A stretch of 56,676 nucleotides of DNA from the IMG/VR virus record IMGVR_UViG_3300032272_000004; one strand, written 5' to 3'. The notes beneath the pieces are model-generated. The model ran no database searches. It saw only the letters and a list, made by a program, of their open reading frames with translations, and had not been told where the DNA came from. Positions 46,006-54,342 of this stretch are shown piece after piece; within the stretch, counting starts at the first letter, position 1; the number at the start of each line of letters is the position of its first letter. Position numbers and translations under genes: made by a program. The stretch is from an uncultured virus (IMG/VR IMGVR_UViG_3300032272_000004). Taxonomy: Duplodnaviria > Heunggongvirae > Uroviricota > Caudoviricetes.

Positions 46006-46289
46006 AGTGCCCTCCCGACGTGTCGAAGTGACTCGACGAGCGCACCCACGGTGAGGGCTACCTCGAGCGTGGGGAGTGTCGCGAGGTCCTCCTCGAAGAC
46101 CGTCTTGTCGTACTCCATCCCAGTGGCGGTCACGGTACCGGAGTTGTTCCAGCTGAAGTGCCACCAGGCGTGGGCTTCTTCGCCATCATCAGGGGAGACC
46201 CAGGCCTTGAGTCGAACCCGGATCCCCTCGGGATGTTTCTCCCCGGGGCAACAGAGGATGGGTGTGCGTTCAGTTTTCTTTTCCGGCAT
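46002..46289 (-). CDS. hypothetical protein
   Basis: GAGGA RBS before MPEKK; coupled to HD gene. Confidence 0.5.
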   Translation of the reverse strand: MPEKKTERTPILCCPGEKHPEGIRVRLKAWVSPDDGEEAHAWWHFSWNNSGTVTATGMEYDKTVFEEDLATLPTLEVALTVGALVESLRHVGRAL

Positions 46290-46503
46290 GTTCCTCGGCT
46301 TCATCTTTCAAGTGTTGTTTGCAGCGTGCGCAGATCAGGTGTCCCTCTCCGCGATGAAGAGTGACTACGACCGGATCTCCGTACTCGCCGGGCCACATTT
46401 CGTAGTGGATTCGAGCGGGCACACCCCAGCCGGGGAACGTGCGGTACCGCACGGTGGAGCCGCGTTGCGCGGAACACAGGTAGCATCGGGGGGTGCGGGC
46501 CAT
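46270..46503 (-). CDS. small zinc-finger protein
   Basis: CYLC and CARC. Confidence 0.5.
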   Translation of the reverse strand: MARTPRCYLCSAQRGSTVRYRTFPGWGVPARIHYEMWPGEYGDPVVVTLHRGEGHLICARCKQHLKDEAEEHAGKEN

Positions 46504-46537
46504 GAGGTCATCGGTAGCCGATCAGGTCGGGCATGAC

Positions 46538-46572
46538 TTGACACCTAGCATGGGTGTCGTCAAGATGACACC
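46538..46572 (+). promoter_or_regulatory. promoter/operator at divergence point
   Basis: TTGACA-17nt-CAAGAT; perfect GGTGTC-N8-GACACC 46553-46572; opposite-strand TTGACG overlaps; ATG 46574. Confidence 0.65.
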
Positions 46573-46573
46573 C

Positions 46574-46825
46574 ATGCTTCCAGCCGAGGGTGAAGGGGTC
46601 GTCACGCATCGTGGCCCAGGGAGAATCACCGGTGTTTTTGCCGACGGATTCATGGTTGCGTCTGACGACGGCGCCTTAGAAAAATACGATACAACCCAGT
46701 TCGATTGGCAGTCAGAAAACGGGTCGCGCTTTGTCCGTCCTCGTCACGACTGCGGTTATGGTAGCCCGGGGGCCCGGTGCATGTTGCGCCGGGGCCATCG
46801 GGGACTACATGCGGTGAAGTGGTGA
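46574..46825 (+). CDS. hypothetical protein
   Basis: ATG seven nt after -10; coupled to next gene. Confidence 0.5.
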   Translation: MLPAEGEGVVTHRGPGRITGVFADGFMVASDDGALEKYDTTQFDWQSENGSRFVRPRHDCGYGSPGARCMLRRGHRGLHAVKW

Positions 46826-47382
46826 AGCTAGCGCGGCTAGAACCTTGCGCGTGGTGCGGCGTTGAGCGCTACTGGCTCCGGACGACAGATGGGATCCGCC
46901 GTGTCGAGCCGCGTCGTATCAGCCGCCGGGGCAAACTTTTGACACCTGCGGACCGCGAGGCGTGTTGCCGGTGCGATGACAAGATTGCGCGAATCTTCTT
47001 GCTCCCCGGTTGGCTGCCGGACACCCCGATCTGGCCGGAGCTGCAGCAGTACTTCGTGCTGGAGAAGCACCGCCCGACGGCCGACAACAAGGAGGAGTCC
47101 GAGACCTACTTCCGTATGGAGCTGGACGTACCAGTCGCTCTGCGGGCTCGGCTACTTCGCATTCGTGTGGAGTGTCTGCACTGCAAGGCTTACGTCCACC
47201 CGTTCCGGCTCAGGCAGGGCGATGGTCGCGGGCGCCTGTATTACTCGTCGGTCTGTGGGCTCCGGAAGAACCTGGCTTGTTCCCGTGGTGACGCGGTGCG
47301 CACCGACCACGCACGGCTCGTGGCGAGCCTCGGTGGGGTTGCGCGAGAGTCAGCTCGGCAGGGTACCCTATGGGGGCTGTGA
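46822..47382 (+). CDS. zinc-finger hypothetical protein
   Basis: CAWC, CCRC, CLHC motifs. Confidence 0.55.
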   Translation: MKLARLEPCAWCGVERYWLRTTDGIRRVEPRRISRRGKLLTPADREACCRCDDKIARIFLLPGWLPDTPIWPELQQYFVLEKHRPTADNKEESETYFRMELDVPVALRARLLRIRVECLHCKAYVHPFRLRQGDGRGRLYYSSVCGLRKNLACSRGDAVRTDHARLVASLGGVARESARQGTLWGL

Positions 47383-47563
47383 AAAAGAGAGCTAAGTCCG
47401 GAGCGTGCCGCCGTGCCTGTATCGCGGTCGACCTTGCGCTCTTCGATGACGAAATTCCGATCAAGTATCGGGCAGCGTGGCCTCCGACCGATCCCACGAG
47501 CCCGTCCATGTACTGGTCACCCGAACTCGGATCGTCTTCATCGTCCGAACGAATCTGCTGGAA

Positions 47564-48136
47564 ATGACGGTCTTCACGATCGGTCACTCCGTGCACCCCA
47601 TCGATCTGTTCGTTGGCCTGCTCCAGGGCGCCGGCGTGACGGCGCTCGCCGATGTGCGTTCGGTACCGTTCAGCCGATTCCAGCCGCAATTCAACCGTCC
47701 AGCTCTCCGTCAGGCCCTGGCAGACGCGAAGATCGCCTACGTCTTCCTGGGCGACGAGCTCGGCGCTCGGTCGAAGGATCCCGATTGCTACGAGGATGGC
47801 CGCATTCAGTACCCCCGCCTCGCCAAGACGGCACTGTTTCAGGCGGGCATCGACCGAGTACTCCGTGGGAAGGCGGAGTACTCGGTGGCGTTGATGTGTG
47901 CCGAGAAGGAACCGCTCGAGTGTCACCGCACGCTGCTTGTCGCGAGGGAGCTGGACGAGCGCGGAGTCCCGGTCGTGCACCTGCATGCGGACGAAGATCA
48001 CGAATCACACGCAGCTGCCATGTTTCGGCTGCGGGCTCGCCTGGGTCACCCCGCGTTCGATCTGTTTCGCTCGGAGGAGGAGCTGCGCGAAGAGGCCTAC
48101 AAGGCTCAGGCCGTTCGATTTTCCTACAAGAAGTAG
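47564..48136 (+). CDS. DUF488 family protein
   Basis: VFTIGHS, LADVRS.P.SR, Y..LG.ELG.R, LMCAE..P..CHR. Confidence 0.9.
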   Translation: MTVFTIGHSVHPIDLFVGLLQGAGVTALADVRSVPFSRFQPQFNRPALRQALADAKIAYVFLGDELGARSKDPDCYEDGRIQYPRLAKTALFQAGIDRVLRGKAEYSVALMCAEKEPLECHRTLLVARELDERGVPVVHLHADEDHESHAAAMFRLRARLGHPAFDLFRSEEELREEAYKAQAVRFSYKK

Positions 48137-48157
48137 TCGATTCGAGCATACTCGGGC

Positions 48158-48243
48158 CGCGGGTGCGTGCAATCAGGTCGCACACCGGGCTCATAACCCG
48201 GCGCCGCAAGGCACTCTCGGTTCAAATCCGAGGCCCGCAACCA
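48158..48243 (+). tRNA. tRNA-Met(CAU), initiator-like but atypical
   Basis: C1:A72 mismatch, CCGGG-CTCATAA-CCCGG, CTCGG-TTCAAAT-CCGAG, encoded ACCA; 14-nt variable arm. Confidence 0.85.
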
Positions 48244-48302
48244 GCCCGGCGGGGGGCTAATGGCTTTGCCTTCAAAACCCCTCGTTGGGCTCCGACGTGA
48301 AG

Positions 48303-48896
48303 ATGGATAAGCCGACAAACATCAGCTGGCAGGCGGGTGAGGTCAGTCGAAGCGACCGGGAGGAGCGCCTCCAACAGTTTGGGGTGACGGTCTGGCTGAC
48401 AGGACTATCCGGAAGCGGCAAGAGCACGATCGCCGTCGCTCTCGAGAGCGAACTCACTCGCCGCGGCAAGCTCTGCTACCGGCTCGACGGCGACAATCTG
48501 CGCCACGGTCTGTGCGCCGACCTGAGCTTTGCCGCCGCAGATCGGACCGAGAACATCAGGCGTGCTGCCGAGCTCGCGAAGCTAATGGCAGACGCGGGGC
48601 TGATCTGCATCGCGAGCTTCATCAGTCCGTTCGAGAAGGACCGCGCTGCGGCCAAACGGACACACAACGAAGCTGGCATCCCCTTTGTCGAAGTGTATGT
48701 CGAGTGTCCCCTGGAGGTGGTCGAGGCCCGAGACCCGAAAGGTCTCTATCGCCTGGCTCGTGCTGGCAAGCTCCCGGGATTCACCGGGATCGGTTCGCCC
48801 TACGAGGCACCAGAGCTTGCAGACGTGGTCCTGAACAGCGATCGAAAGACCGTCGAAGAGGAAGTCGCCGAGATCATCCGCATGCTCCGGGTGTGA
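48303..48896 (+). CDS. cysC: adenylyl-sulfate kinase
   Basis: VWLTGLSGSGKSTIA, LDGDNLRHGL, SFISPF, RDPKGLY, FTGI.SPYE.P. Confidence 0.95.
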   Translation: MDKPTNISWQAGEVSRSDREERLQQFGVTVWLTGLSGSGKSTIAVALESELTRRGKLCYRLDGDNLRHGLCADLSFAAADRTENIRRAAELAKLMADAGLICIASFISPFEKDRAAAKRTHNEAGIPFVEVYVECPLEVVEARDPKGLYRLARAGKLPGFTGIGSPYEAPELADVVLNSDRKTVEEEVAEIIRMLRV

Positions 48897-49554
48897 AGGT
48901 GTAGCCGAAGCGCTCGATCCAGCTCGCGTCCAGCTCCCCGACGAGGTCGCGCAGTTCGTCGTCATAGTACGTGGAGTAGTGTCGGTGTGACGACGTCATG
49001 CGCGGGGGCTCTGCCCGGATTGCCGCTCGCAGCGCGGGCAGTTGGGGGCTCTCCGCCAAGAGCCGCGCAACCAGGGCTTCGGTGTCTGCGCGGAGGTGCT
49101 CGAACCGCACGGGCTCCCAGGGATGATCGCCCAGCAGATGTCCCTCCCAGCGGGCGATAGGCACGAGGCCCCTCGGTTCGCCGTCCTCTTGGAACTCCCG
49201 CAGCATCAATTTGGTGTTGCTGCGGAAATGCTCAGCGCTCGGAGCGTTTCGAGAAAACAATCGGTCCCACCAGAGCTCTGCTCGAGTCCACAGCTCCCGC
49301 GACCTGGCGTAGCCGCCGGTGCGGTTGCTCCAGTGGCCAGCCCAGAACATGTACCTGGAGACATGCCAGTCCCAGGGGTTGCGGACGCAAGCGAACACCG
49401 GGGAGCTGCGGAACTGCTCAGGCAGCCTCGTGAGCCCCGCATGGTCGGGGAAGCTCTGCAACCCCGGCAACCCAGCACCGCTCAGGACGTGGCGCATCCA
49501 GGTGCCCCCGGTCTTTGGAATATGCACGAACGTGAATTCGGGACAGTAGATCAC
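48874..49554 (-). CDS. sulfotransferase (family 2-like)
   Basis: FVHIPKTGGT (5'-PSB), VRNPWDW.VS.Y (3'-PB), YYDDELR.LV...FGYTF. Confidence 0.85.
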   Translation of the reverse strand: MIYCPEFTFVHIPKTGGTWMRHVLSGAGLPGLQSFPDHAGLTRLPEQFRSSPVFACVRNPWDWHVSRYMFWAGHWSNRTGGYARSRELWTRAELWWDRLFSRNAPSAEHFRSNTKLMLREFQEDGEPRGLVPIARWEGHLLGDHPWEPVRFEHLRADTEALVARLLAESPQLPALRAAIRAEPPRMTSSHRHYSTYYDDELRDLVGELDASWIERFGYTFTPGACG

Positions 49555-49788
49555 CCCGAGATTCTATCTCCGGCCGACTATCCCGAGGAAAAAAAGTGCT
49601 CGCGGGCGCGATGTCAAGCCCGAACCGGGCCCTAGACGGCCCCCGGCCGGCCGTCAAGGGGGAATCTGAGCCACCCACCACGGGAACCCCCCGGGCCCCG
49701 CGGGAAGCCCTGAAAAGCCCTCAGAAGCCGGATTTGGGCCGTTCCTGGGGCATCTGGGGCCGGCCGGAGGCCTCCCAGCCGGGGGATC

Positions 49789-49862
49789 GTCGTGACGATT
49801 ACTTCGGGAATCGTCACGACTACCCCCACTGTCGTGGTGATACCGTCAATAATCATCACGAC
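49789..49862. repeat. two tandem 32-bp inverted repeats
   Basis: GTCGTGACGATT-N8-AATCGTCACGAC (49789-49820) and GTCGTGGTGAT-N10-ATCATCACGAC (49831-49862). Confidence 0.7.
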
Positions 49863-49994
49863 TGGGGAGGGCCCGGATCTCCCGAGGTAGGGCCCCTACC
49901 CGGGCCGTCTGGGCAGGGCGGCCGGGGGCCCCTGACAAGGGCATCCCGGGGGGAAAGCCTTTCCCCGCTTGGTCCTTGACATCCTGACTGTTTT

Positions 49995-50175
49995 CCCGGC
50001 CGCTACGCCGCTTGACCCGCAAGGGTCGCACGGCAAGCGGCCGGGGTGATGCTTCCCGGTGAGAGGGGGAAGCATCAGACGCGCTAGGAACGCTCGCAAG
50101 AGTAGGTCCCGCGGGGTTCGAGACCCCGGGCGCGTTCCGGGCTTCGCGTTGAAGCCTGTAGCAGCCCGCAAGGGC
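49995..50175 (+). ncRNA. highly structured leader RNA (multi-hairpin, GCAA tetraloops)
   Basis: Stems 49995-50045, 50047-50077, 50140-50156, 50164-50175; three GCAA loops; includes tRNA-like copy A. Confidence 0.55.
50079..50138 (+). repeat. tRNA-like element copy A (divergent)
   Basis: ACGCGCT...CGGGG-TTCGAGA-CCCCG-GGCGCGT-TCC. Confidence 0.6.
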
Positions 50176-50186
50176 ATGGGGGCGCG

Positions 50187-50414
50187 ATGTGCGACCATAC
50201 AAACAGCGACGATCCGATCGTGCGGACCGTCGACAGTGCGCCAGCTCCGCTGCCGTGCACTGAATGGGAAGGAAGACTCTCGATATTTGAGAGGGAAAAC
50301 GGTTTCGACGCTGCCGAATGCAGCCGGATCCGGTCGGAACTGCGCCAGCACGGCGTAGCTACGGGTGGGGGCGGTGCATGGGCAACGTGGGAATTGCGGC
50401 TCGCGCGCCCATGA
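50187..50414 (+). CDS. hypothetical protein (cassette)
   Basis: Stop TGA lies inside the ATGA loop of copy B. Confidence 0.55.
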   Translation: MCDHTNSDDPIVRTVDSAPAPLPCTEWEGRLSIFERENGFDAAECSRIRSELRQHGVATGGGGAWATWELRLARP

Positions 50415-50448
50415 GGGTTCCCGGGGCTCGATGCCCCGGCGCGCACTG
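50403..50448 (+). repeat. tRNA-like element copy B
   Basis: GCGCGCC-CATGAGGG..GGGG-CTCGATG-CCCC-GGCGCGC-ACTG, then hairpin and AAAGGAGG. Confidence 0.8.
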
Positions 50449-50478
50449 GTCCGCTTGTGGACCTTGAAAGGAGGGCTT

Positions 50479-51066
50479 GTGCCCAAGATCGAATTGTTCG
50501 AGGTGCCGCCCCGCGGTTTCTCGGCCATGTGTCGTGAACTGCGCTCACGCATCGTGCTGTCAGCGTCAGACGCGGCGGTGGTCCAGAACCTACACCAGCT
50601 TGCTGGGTTGCGGGACGGGACCGAAACCGGAATCCAGGCGCCATTTCGCGCGCCTCATCATTCGGTGAGTGAGGCCGGCCTTGTCGGGCGACCCCCGCAG
50701 AAGCCGCGACCCATACCAGAACGCTACCTGCGGATGCTTCAAAACGATCCATCGCCCGATACGCGGGACTTGATCGAGTTGCACACTCGCCCATCTAGGG
50801 CGGAGTGGGGTGTCCCGGGTGAGGTGCACCTTGCGCACAAGGGCGTGCTCGTGCTGGATGAACTTTGCGAGTTTAGTAGCCGCTCGATCGAAGCGCTCAG
50901 TTGGGCGCTGCGCGATGGGAGCTGTCACGGCATGATCTGCGAGCCAGCGCTCGTGGCGTGCCTGATTCCAGCGGGCCCGCGTAGCAAGTTCGAGGAACGG
51001 CGACTGGGCCGCCACGTGGCGGAACTGCAGAAAGCAGGTCCGGTCGAATTACAGCGCGCCTCATGA
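50479..51066 (+). CDS. degenerate ComM/YifB (Mg-chelatase-like) ATPase fragment
   Basis: PFRAPHHS.S.AGLVG, PGEV.LAH.GVL.LDEL.EF; Walker A eroded. Confidence 0.8.
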   Translation: MPKIELFEVPPRGFSAMCRELRSRIVLSASDAAVVQNLHQLAGLRDGTETGIQAPFRAPHHSVSEAGLVGRPPQKPRPIPERYLRMLQNDPSPDTRDLIELHTRPSRAEWGVPGEVHLAHKGVLVLDELCEFSSRSIEALSWALRDGSCHGMICEPALVACLIPAGPRSKFEERRLGRHVAELQKAGPVELQRAS

Positions 51067-51101
51067 GAGGGGACGGGGGCTCGATGCCCCCGGCGCGCAC
51101 C
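51054..51101 (+). repeat. tRNA-like element copy C
   Basis: GCGCGCC-TCATGAGAGG..GGGGG-CTCGATG-CCCCC-GGCGCGC-ACC. Confidence 0.85.
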
Positions 51102-51133
51102 GGCCCACCTATGGGCCATGAAATGGAGTTCCC

Positions 51134-51403
51134 ATGGCAGAAACCAATAATTACGCATCCTACCGCTGGGTGATCACGAAAGACCGCATCACAAACGGTG
51201 AAGAAAAGGGCGTCGACGGTCCGCGCAACTGCAACCCGGATCTGAAGACCAACCGGGCCACATTCTCTCTCTGGGATGATGACGGGGAATGCTACTACGA
51301 GGGCCTGATCTTCGGCGACTACGAGGGATTCGAGCCCTTGGACGACTTCGGCATGCCGAATGCCGGGTGCACCGACATCAAGATCGACGGCGAGTCGCTG
51401 TAG
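51134..51403 (+). CDS. acidic phage hypothetical protein (cassette)
   Basis: F.L.DDDGE.YYEG...F.PLDDFG.PNAGCT.I; GGAG RBS. Confidence 0.7.
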   Translation: MAETNNYASYRWVITKDRITNGEEKGVDGPRNCNPDLKTNRATFSLWDDDGECYYEGLIFGDYEGFEPLDDFGMPNAGCTDIKIDGESL

Positions 51404-51450
51404 CGCGCCCCATGAGGGGTGACGGGGGTTCGATGCCCCCGGCGCGCACC
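51403..51450 (+). repeat. tRNA-like element copy D
   Basis: GCGCGCC-CCATGAGGGG..GGGGG-TTCGATG-CCCCC-GGCGCGC-ACC (canonical TTCGA loop). Confidence 0.85.
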
Positions 51451-51484
51451 GGCCCATTTGTGGGCCCTGACCTGGGAGGTCACC

Positions 51485-51808
51485 ATGCACCTTGCATTTG
51501 CACACATGAAATCCGCGGCACAGGGCGTTCTGCGTCCGGTCTACCTTCGAGATCTCGAGGTTCACGATCGCGTGGCGCTCGAGGCGCGGCCCGACTGCTC
51601 TTTTGCGTGGGCGGTCGGTCCGGACGGTACCCATATCGTCTGGGCGGGCGACGATCCGACGCTCGAGGACCTGAACCGGTCCCGGCTGACCCATGAGGAA
51701 CTCTGCGCCGTGGTCGACCAGTGCGGTGAGCACGAGTGGTTCACCTGGGATGGGCAGGCGTTCCTGCCGGCGGTCGATGCGGCCGATGCGGCCGAGCACC
51801 TAGCGTGA
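51485..51808 (+). CDS. hypothetical protein (cassette)
   Basis: GGAGGT RBS after repeat hairpin. Confidence 0.65.
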   Translation: MHLAFAHMKSAAQGVLRPVYLRDLEVHDRVALEARPDCSFAWAVGPDGTHIVWAGDDPTLEDLNRSRLTHEELCAVVDQCGEHEWFTWDGQAFLPAVDAADAAEHLA

Positions 51809-52425
51809 CCGACCATGAGATTGTCGATGGGCAGCTCGTATCTCGATCGCCGGCGCTTCGTTTGGAGCGCTGGGATGATCCTGCTGATCCGGGCCATGGT
51901 ATCGAACTCTGGAAGGGTGGCCCCCCCACAGCACCGATCTACGTGGTGCTGCACACGGGAAAGCTCTGCCAGAACCCGACCGGCTCGAAACTCGAGGCCC
52001 GGAAGATGTTCGACAACTTGCGGGAGACGTGCGTCCGGATGACAGAGCGGGACCGCCACTATCGGCCCAAGTGCGGGTTCGAGCCGTGTCCTGACGGTTG
52101 GGTGAAATGGATGGTCGGCGGCAGCATGGCGGTCTACGGGCAGCCGCTGCCGACAGTCGAGGGAGAAGCCAGCGATCGATGGGTGCAAATCCAGAATCCG
52201 GACGACCCCGAGCCACCTTACGTGGGAAAGCCCGCGTTGGTGGCTCTCATGCAAGGGGGTGGCGAGGGCTTTGATGCCGCGTGGCAATTCGAGACGATTG
52301 CTGCGGCGGTCGAGGCCGTCGGGCTGGCTCGAGCCACAGGGTGGCCGGACGTCAACCCCTTGCTGGGGACACCGATCGACCCCGGATCAGTGGGTATTGA
52401 ATGCACGACGCTCGAGCGTGACTGA
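51805..52425 (+). CDS. hypothetical protein; C-terminal half paralogous to 53064..53387
   Basis: GTGA coupling; shared W..W..GG, EPP..G.P..V.LM.G, TGWPD, DPGSVG. Confidence 0.65.
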   Translation: MTDHEIVDGQLVSRSPALRLERWDDPADPGHGIELWKGGPPTAPIYVVLHTGKLCQNPTGSKLEARKMFDNLRETCVRMTERDRHYRPKCGFEPCPDGWVKWMVGGSMAVYGQPLPTVEGEASDRWVQIQNPDDPEPPYVGKPALVALMQGGGEGFDAAWQFETIAAAVEAVGLARATGWPDVNPLLGTPIDPGSVGIECTTLERD

Positions 52426-52427
52426 CA

Positions 52428-52476
52428 GCACGTCCCATGAGGGAACACGGGGGCTCGATGCCCCCGGCGTGCACCA
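52428..52476 (+). repeat. tRNA-like element copy E (ends in ACCA)
   Basis: GCACGTC...GGGGG-CTCGATG-CCCCC-GGCGTGC-ACCA; compensatory A-T pair in acceptor stem. Confidence 0.85.
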
Positions 52477-52508
52477 GGGCCCTGATGCCCCAAGAAAAGG
52501 AGAAGCCA

Positions 52509-53060
52509 GTGACAATACCGGAAGATCTCATTGCGCTCGACGAACTCGAGCAAGCCACTGATACTCGCCACGCGCTGCGGGTTGCTCAGCGGATACTCCA
52601 GGCAACCCAGCGCGCGCTCACCGCAGCGCGGCAAATGGCCGACGCCGCGAGGCGCGATGCCGACGCCTCCGCTGTCGCCGCAGGCGTATTGCTCGGTCCG
52701 CGAGGGGGCCGGAAGTTTGAAGTCTACGACGAGGACGGCAATGCGTCGCTCGATTCGGAACTGCGCTGGGACACCCGCGCCGAAGCCGATGCCGCGAAAG
52801 AAACCTTGTGGATTGTCGACAAGCGGGTTGTGGAGGTGCGCGAGTGCTTTCCGTGGCCCAAGCGCGGGAGTGCTTTCTACATCACGCAGGGTCCCCGCTC
52901 GCCAGGGGACGAGCCCGATGAGGTCCCTCCCGGATCCTGGTTTGTCGCGGTGTACGCCGTGCGAGCTGACCCTCGAGGAGAGCCGATCGTCTGGCTCACC
53001 TTTCCTAGCGAAAAGGCAGCTTGGGAAGCCTTCCTGGACTTCAATCTGGACGGCACCTGA
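52509..53060 (+). CDS. hypothetical protein (cassette)
   Basis: AAGGAG RBS, GTG start. Confidence 0.65.
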   Translation: MTIPEDLIALDELEQATDTRHALRVAQRILQATQRALTAARQMADAARRDADASAVAAGVLLGPRGGRKFEVYDEDGNASLDSELRWDTRAEADAAKETLWIVDKRVVEVRECFPWPKRGSAFYITQGPRSPGDEPDEVPPGSWFVAVYAVRADPRGEPIVWLTFPSEKAAWEAFLDFNLDGT

Positions 53061-53063
53061 GCG

Positions 53064-53387
53064 ATGAGTGATCACGAGCCGTGCCCCGAGCTATGGGAGT
53101 CCTGGGATGCGGGCGGTGGGTGCATCGTGTGGGGCCGGTTGCTGGATAACGGCTACTGGATCCAGCTGTCGGCTCCGGACTGGCTCGAGCCTCCACTGAA
53201 GGGCGGGCCCACGGTCGTGGGCCTGATGCACGGTGACGCGGGCGATCCACCTGCTTGGAAATTTGCCAGCATCGATCTGGCGCTCGAGGCCATCGACCTG
53301 GCTTTCGAGACCGGGTGGCCCGACGAGGGCGGCCCAGACCAGCGCGACCCCGGCTCGGTCGGTGTCGCTACTAGCGCGTTCCCATGA
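53064..53387 (+). CDS. hypothetical protein, paralog of 51805..52425
   Basis: Motif similarity; stop inside copy F loop. Confidence 0.65.
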   Translation: MSDHEPCPELWESWDAGGGCIVWGRLLDNGYWIQLSAPDWLEPPLKGGPTVVGLMHGDAGDPPAWKFASIDLALEAIDLAFETGWPDEGGPDQRDPGSVGVATSAFP

Positions 53388-53423
53388 GGGGTTTTCGGGG
53401 GCTCGATGCCCCCGGCGCGCACC
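53374..53423 (+). repeat. tRNA-like element copy F
   Basis: GCGCGTT-CCCATGAGGGG..GGGGG-CTCGATG-CCCCC-GGCGCGC-ACC. Confidence 0.85.
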
Positions 53424-53456
53424 GGCCCACTGGTGGGCCATGAAAGGAGGTGAGCC

Positions 53457-53840
53457 ATGCTCACTAAAGCACGCGTTGCCGTGTTCTATCGGCTGTGGAA
53501 GCCGGGCGATTCTGAACTCGGCGATTCGACGGAGCGCGGCTCCGTCAAATACGACGAGAACGGCTACCCCGAGCTAATTGCTTGCGAGCAAGGCCCCGCG
53601 GTCGACTTTGGTGTGACCGTCGCGTTTTTCGCCTCTCACGCGCAAGCGGGGGAGCTGGGGCTCGATGTCTGGATCGGGGAAGGCCAAACGCTGTACTTCG
53701 ACAGCTGCCGCCCGGACGACGGAGAGGTCTACGCGTTCTGGGCCCGAATCCAATGCACGCCTGAAGCGTTCAAGCGCCTTTGCTCCCACCTAGGAGCTGC
53801 GTGTGCCTTCCAGCGTGGAATCACTCGGCGCGCACCGTGA
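53457..53840 (+). CDS. hypothetical protein (cassette)
   Basis: AAGGAGGT RBS. Confidence 0.65.
   Translation: MLTKARVAVFYRLWKPGDSELGDSTERGSVKYDENGYPELIACEQGPAVDFGVTVAFFASHAQAGELGLDVWIGEGQTLYFDSCRPDDGEVYAFWARIQCTPEAFKRLCSHLGAACAFQRGITRRAP
53801..53836 (+). repeat. degenerate tRNA-like element copy G (T-arm lost)
   Basis: GTGTGCC-TTCCA-GCG-TGGAA-..-GGCGCGC-ACC followed by AAGGAG RBS. Confidence 0.45.
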
Positions 53841-53863
53841 ACGCGCCAGAAAGGAGCAGCAAG

Positions 53864-54097
53864 ATGCCTGAGATTTCATTCTTCACTGGAAATACCTTCG
53901 ACGGTGAGCGCTTCGTGATCAGTGTCGAGGGTGGCGGCGAAGCCAGCGACCCGGGCATCGGATCGGGGCTTGTCGGCGACTACAAGGTGCGAGGTCTGAC
54001 CGCGCGCCAGGCCATATTCCTACGGCATGAATTGCCGGTCTACGACGCCGCCGAGGTGTTCCTCGCGATCTGTCGAGCGAAGCAGAGCCCGTCGTGA
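53864..54097 (+). CDS. hypothetical protein
   Basis: AAGGAG RBS; coupled to next gene. Confidence 0.55.
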   Translation: MPEISFFTGNTFDGERFVISVEGGGEASDPGIGSGLVGDYKVRGLTARQAIFLRHELPVYDAAEVFLAICRAKQSPS

Positions 54098-54342
54098 CTT
54101 ACGCACAGGCTGTGGATAACTTGTGCGACGAGTTCGAGGTGAACGTCGGCAGCCTCGACAACCCGCACGTGCCTTCGCTGCGCCCCGGTGGGGGCGCCTA
54201 CACCGAGGTCGGCAAGGTCCGCAAGATCATCGCAGATACTCGGGCCGCGTTTCGCCGCGGTGCCCGCACCTACCGCGAAGCTGAGCTCGCGGGCTACCAC
54301 GTGCGAATTGCGCTACTGATAGCGCTCTGGAGGGAAGCATGA
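54094..54342 (+). CDS. hypothetical protein
   Basis: GTGA/ATGA couplings. Confidence 0.55.
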   Translation: MTYAQAVDNLCDEFEVNVGSLDNPHVPSLRPGGGAYTEVGKVRKIIADTRAAFRRGARTYREAELAGYHVRIALLIALWREA

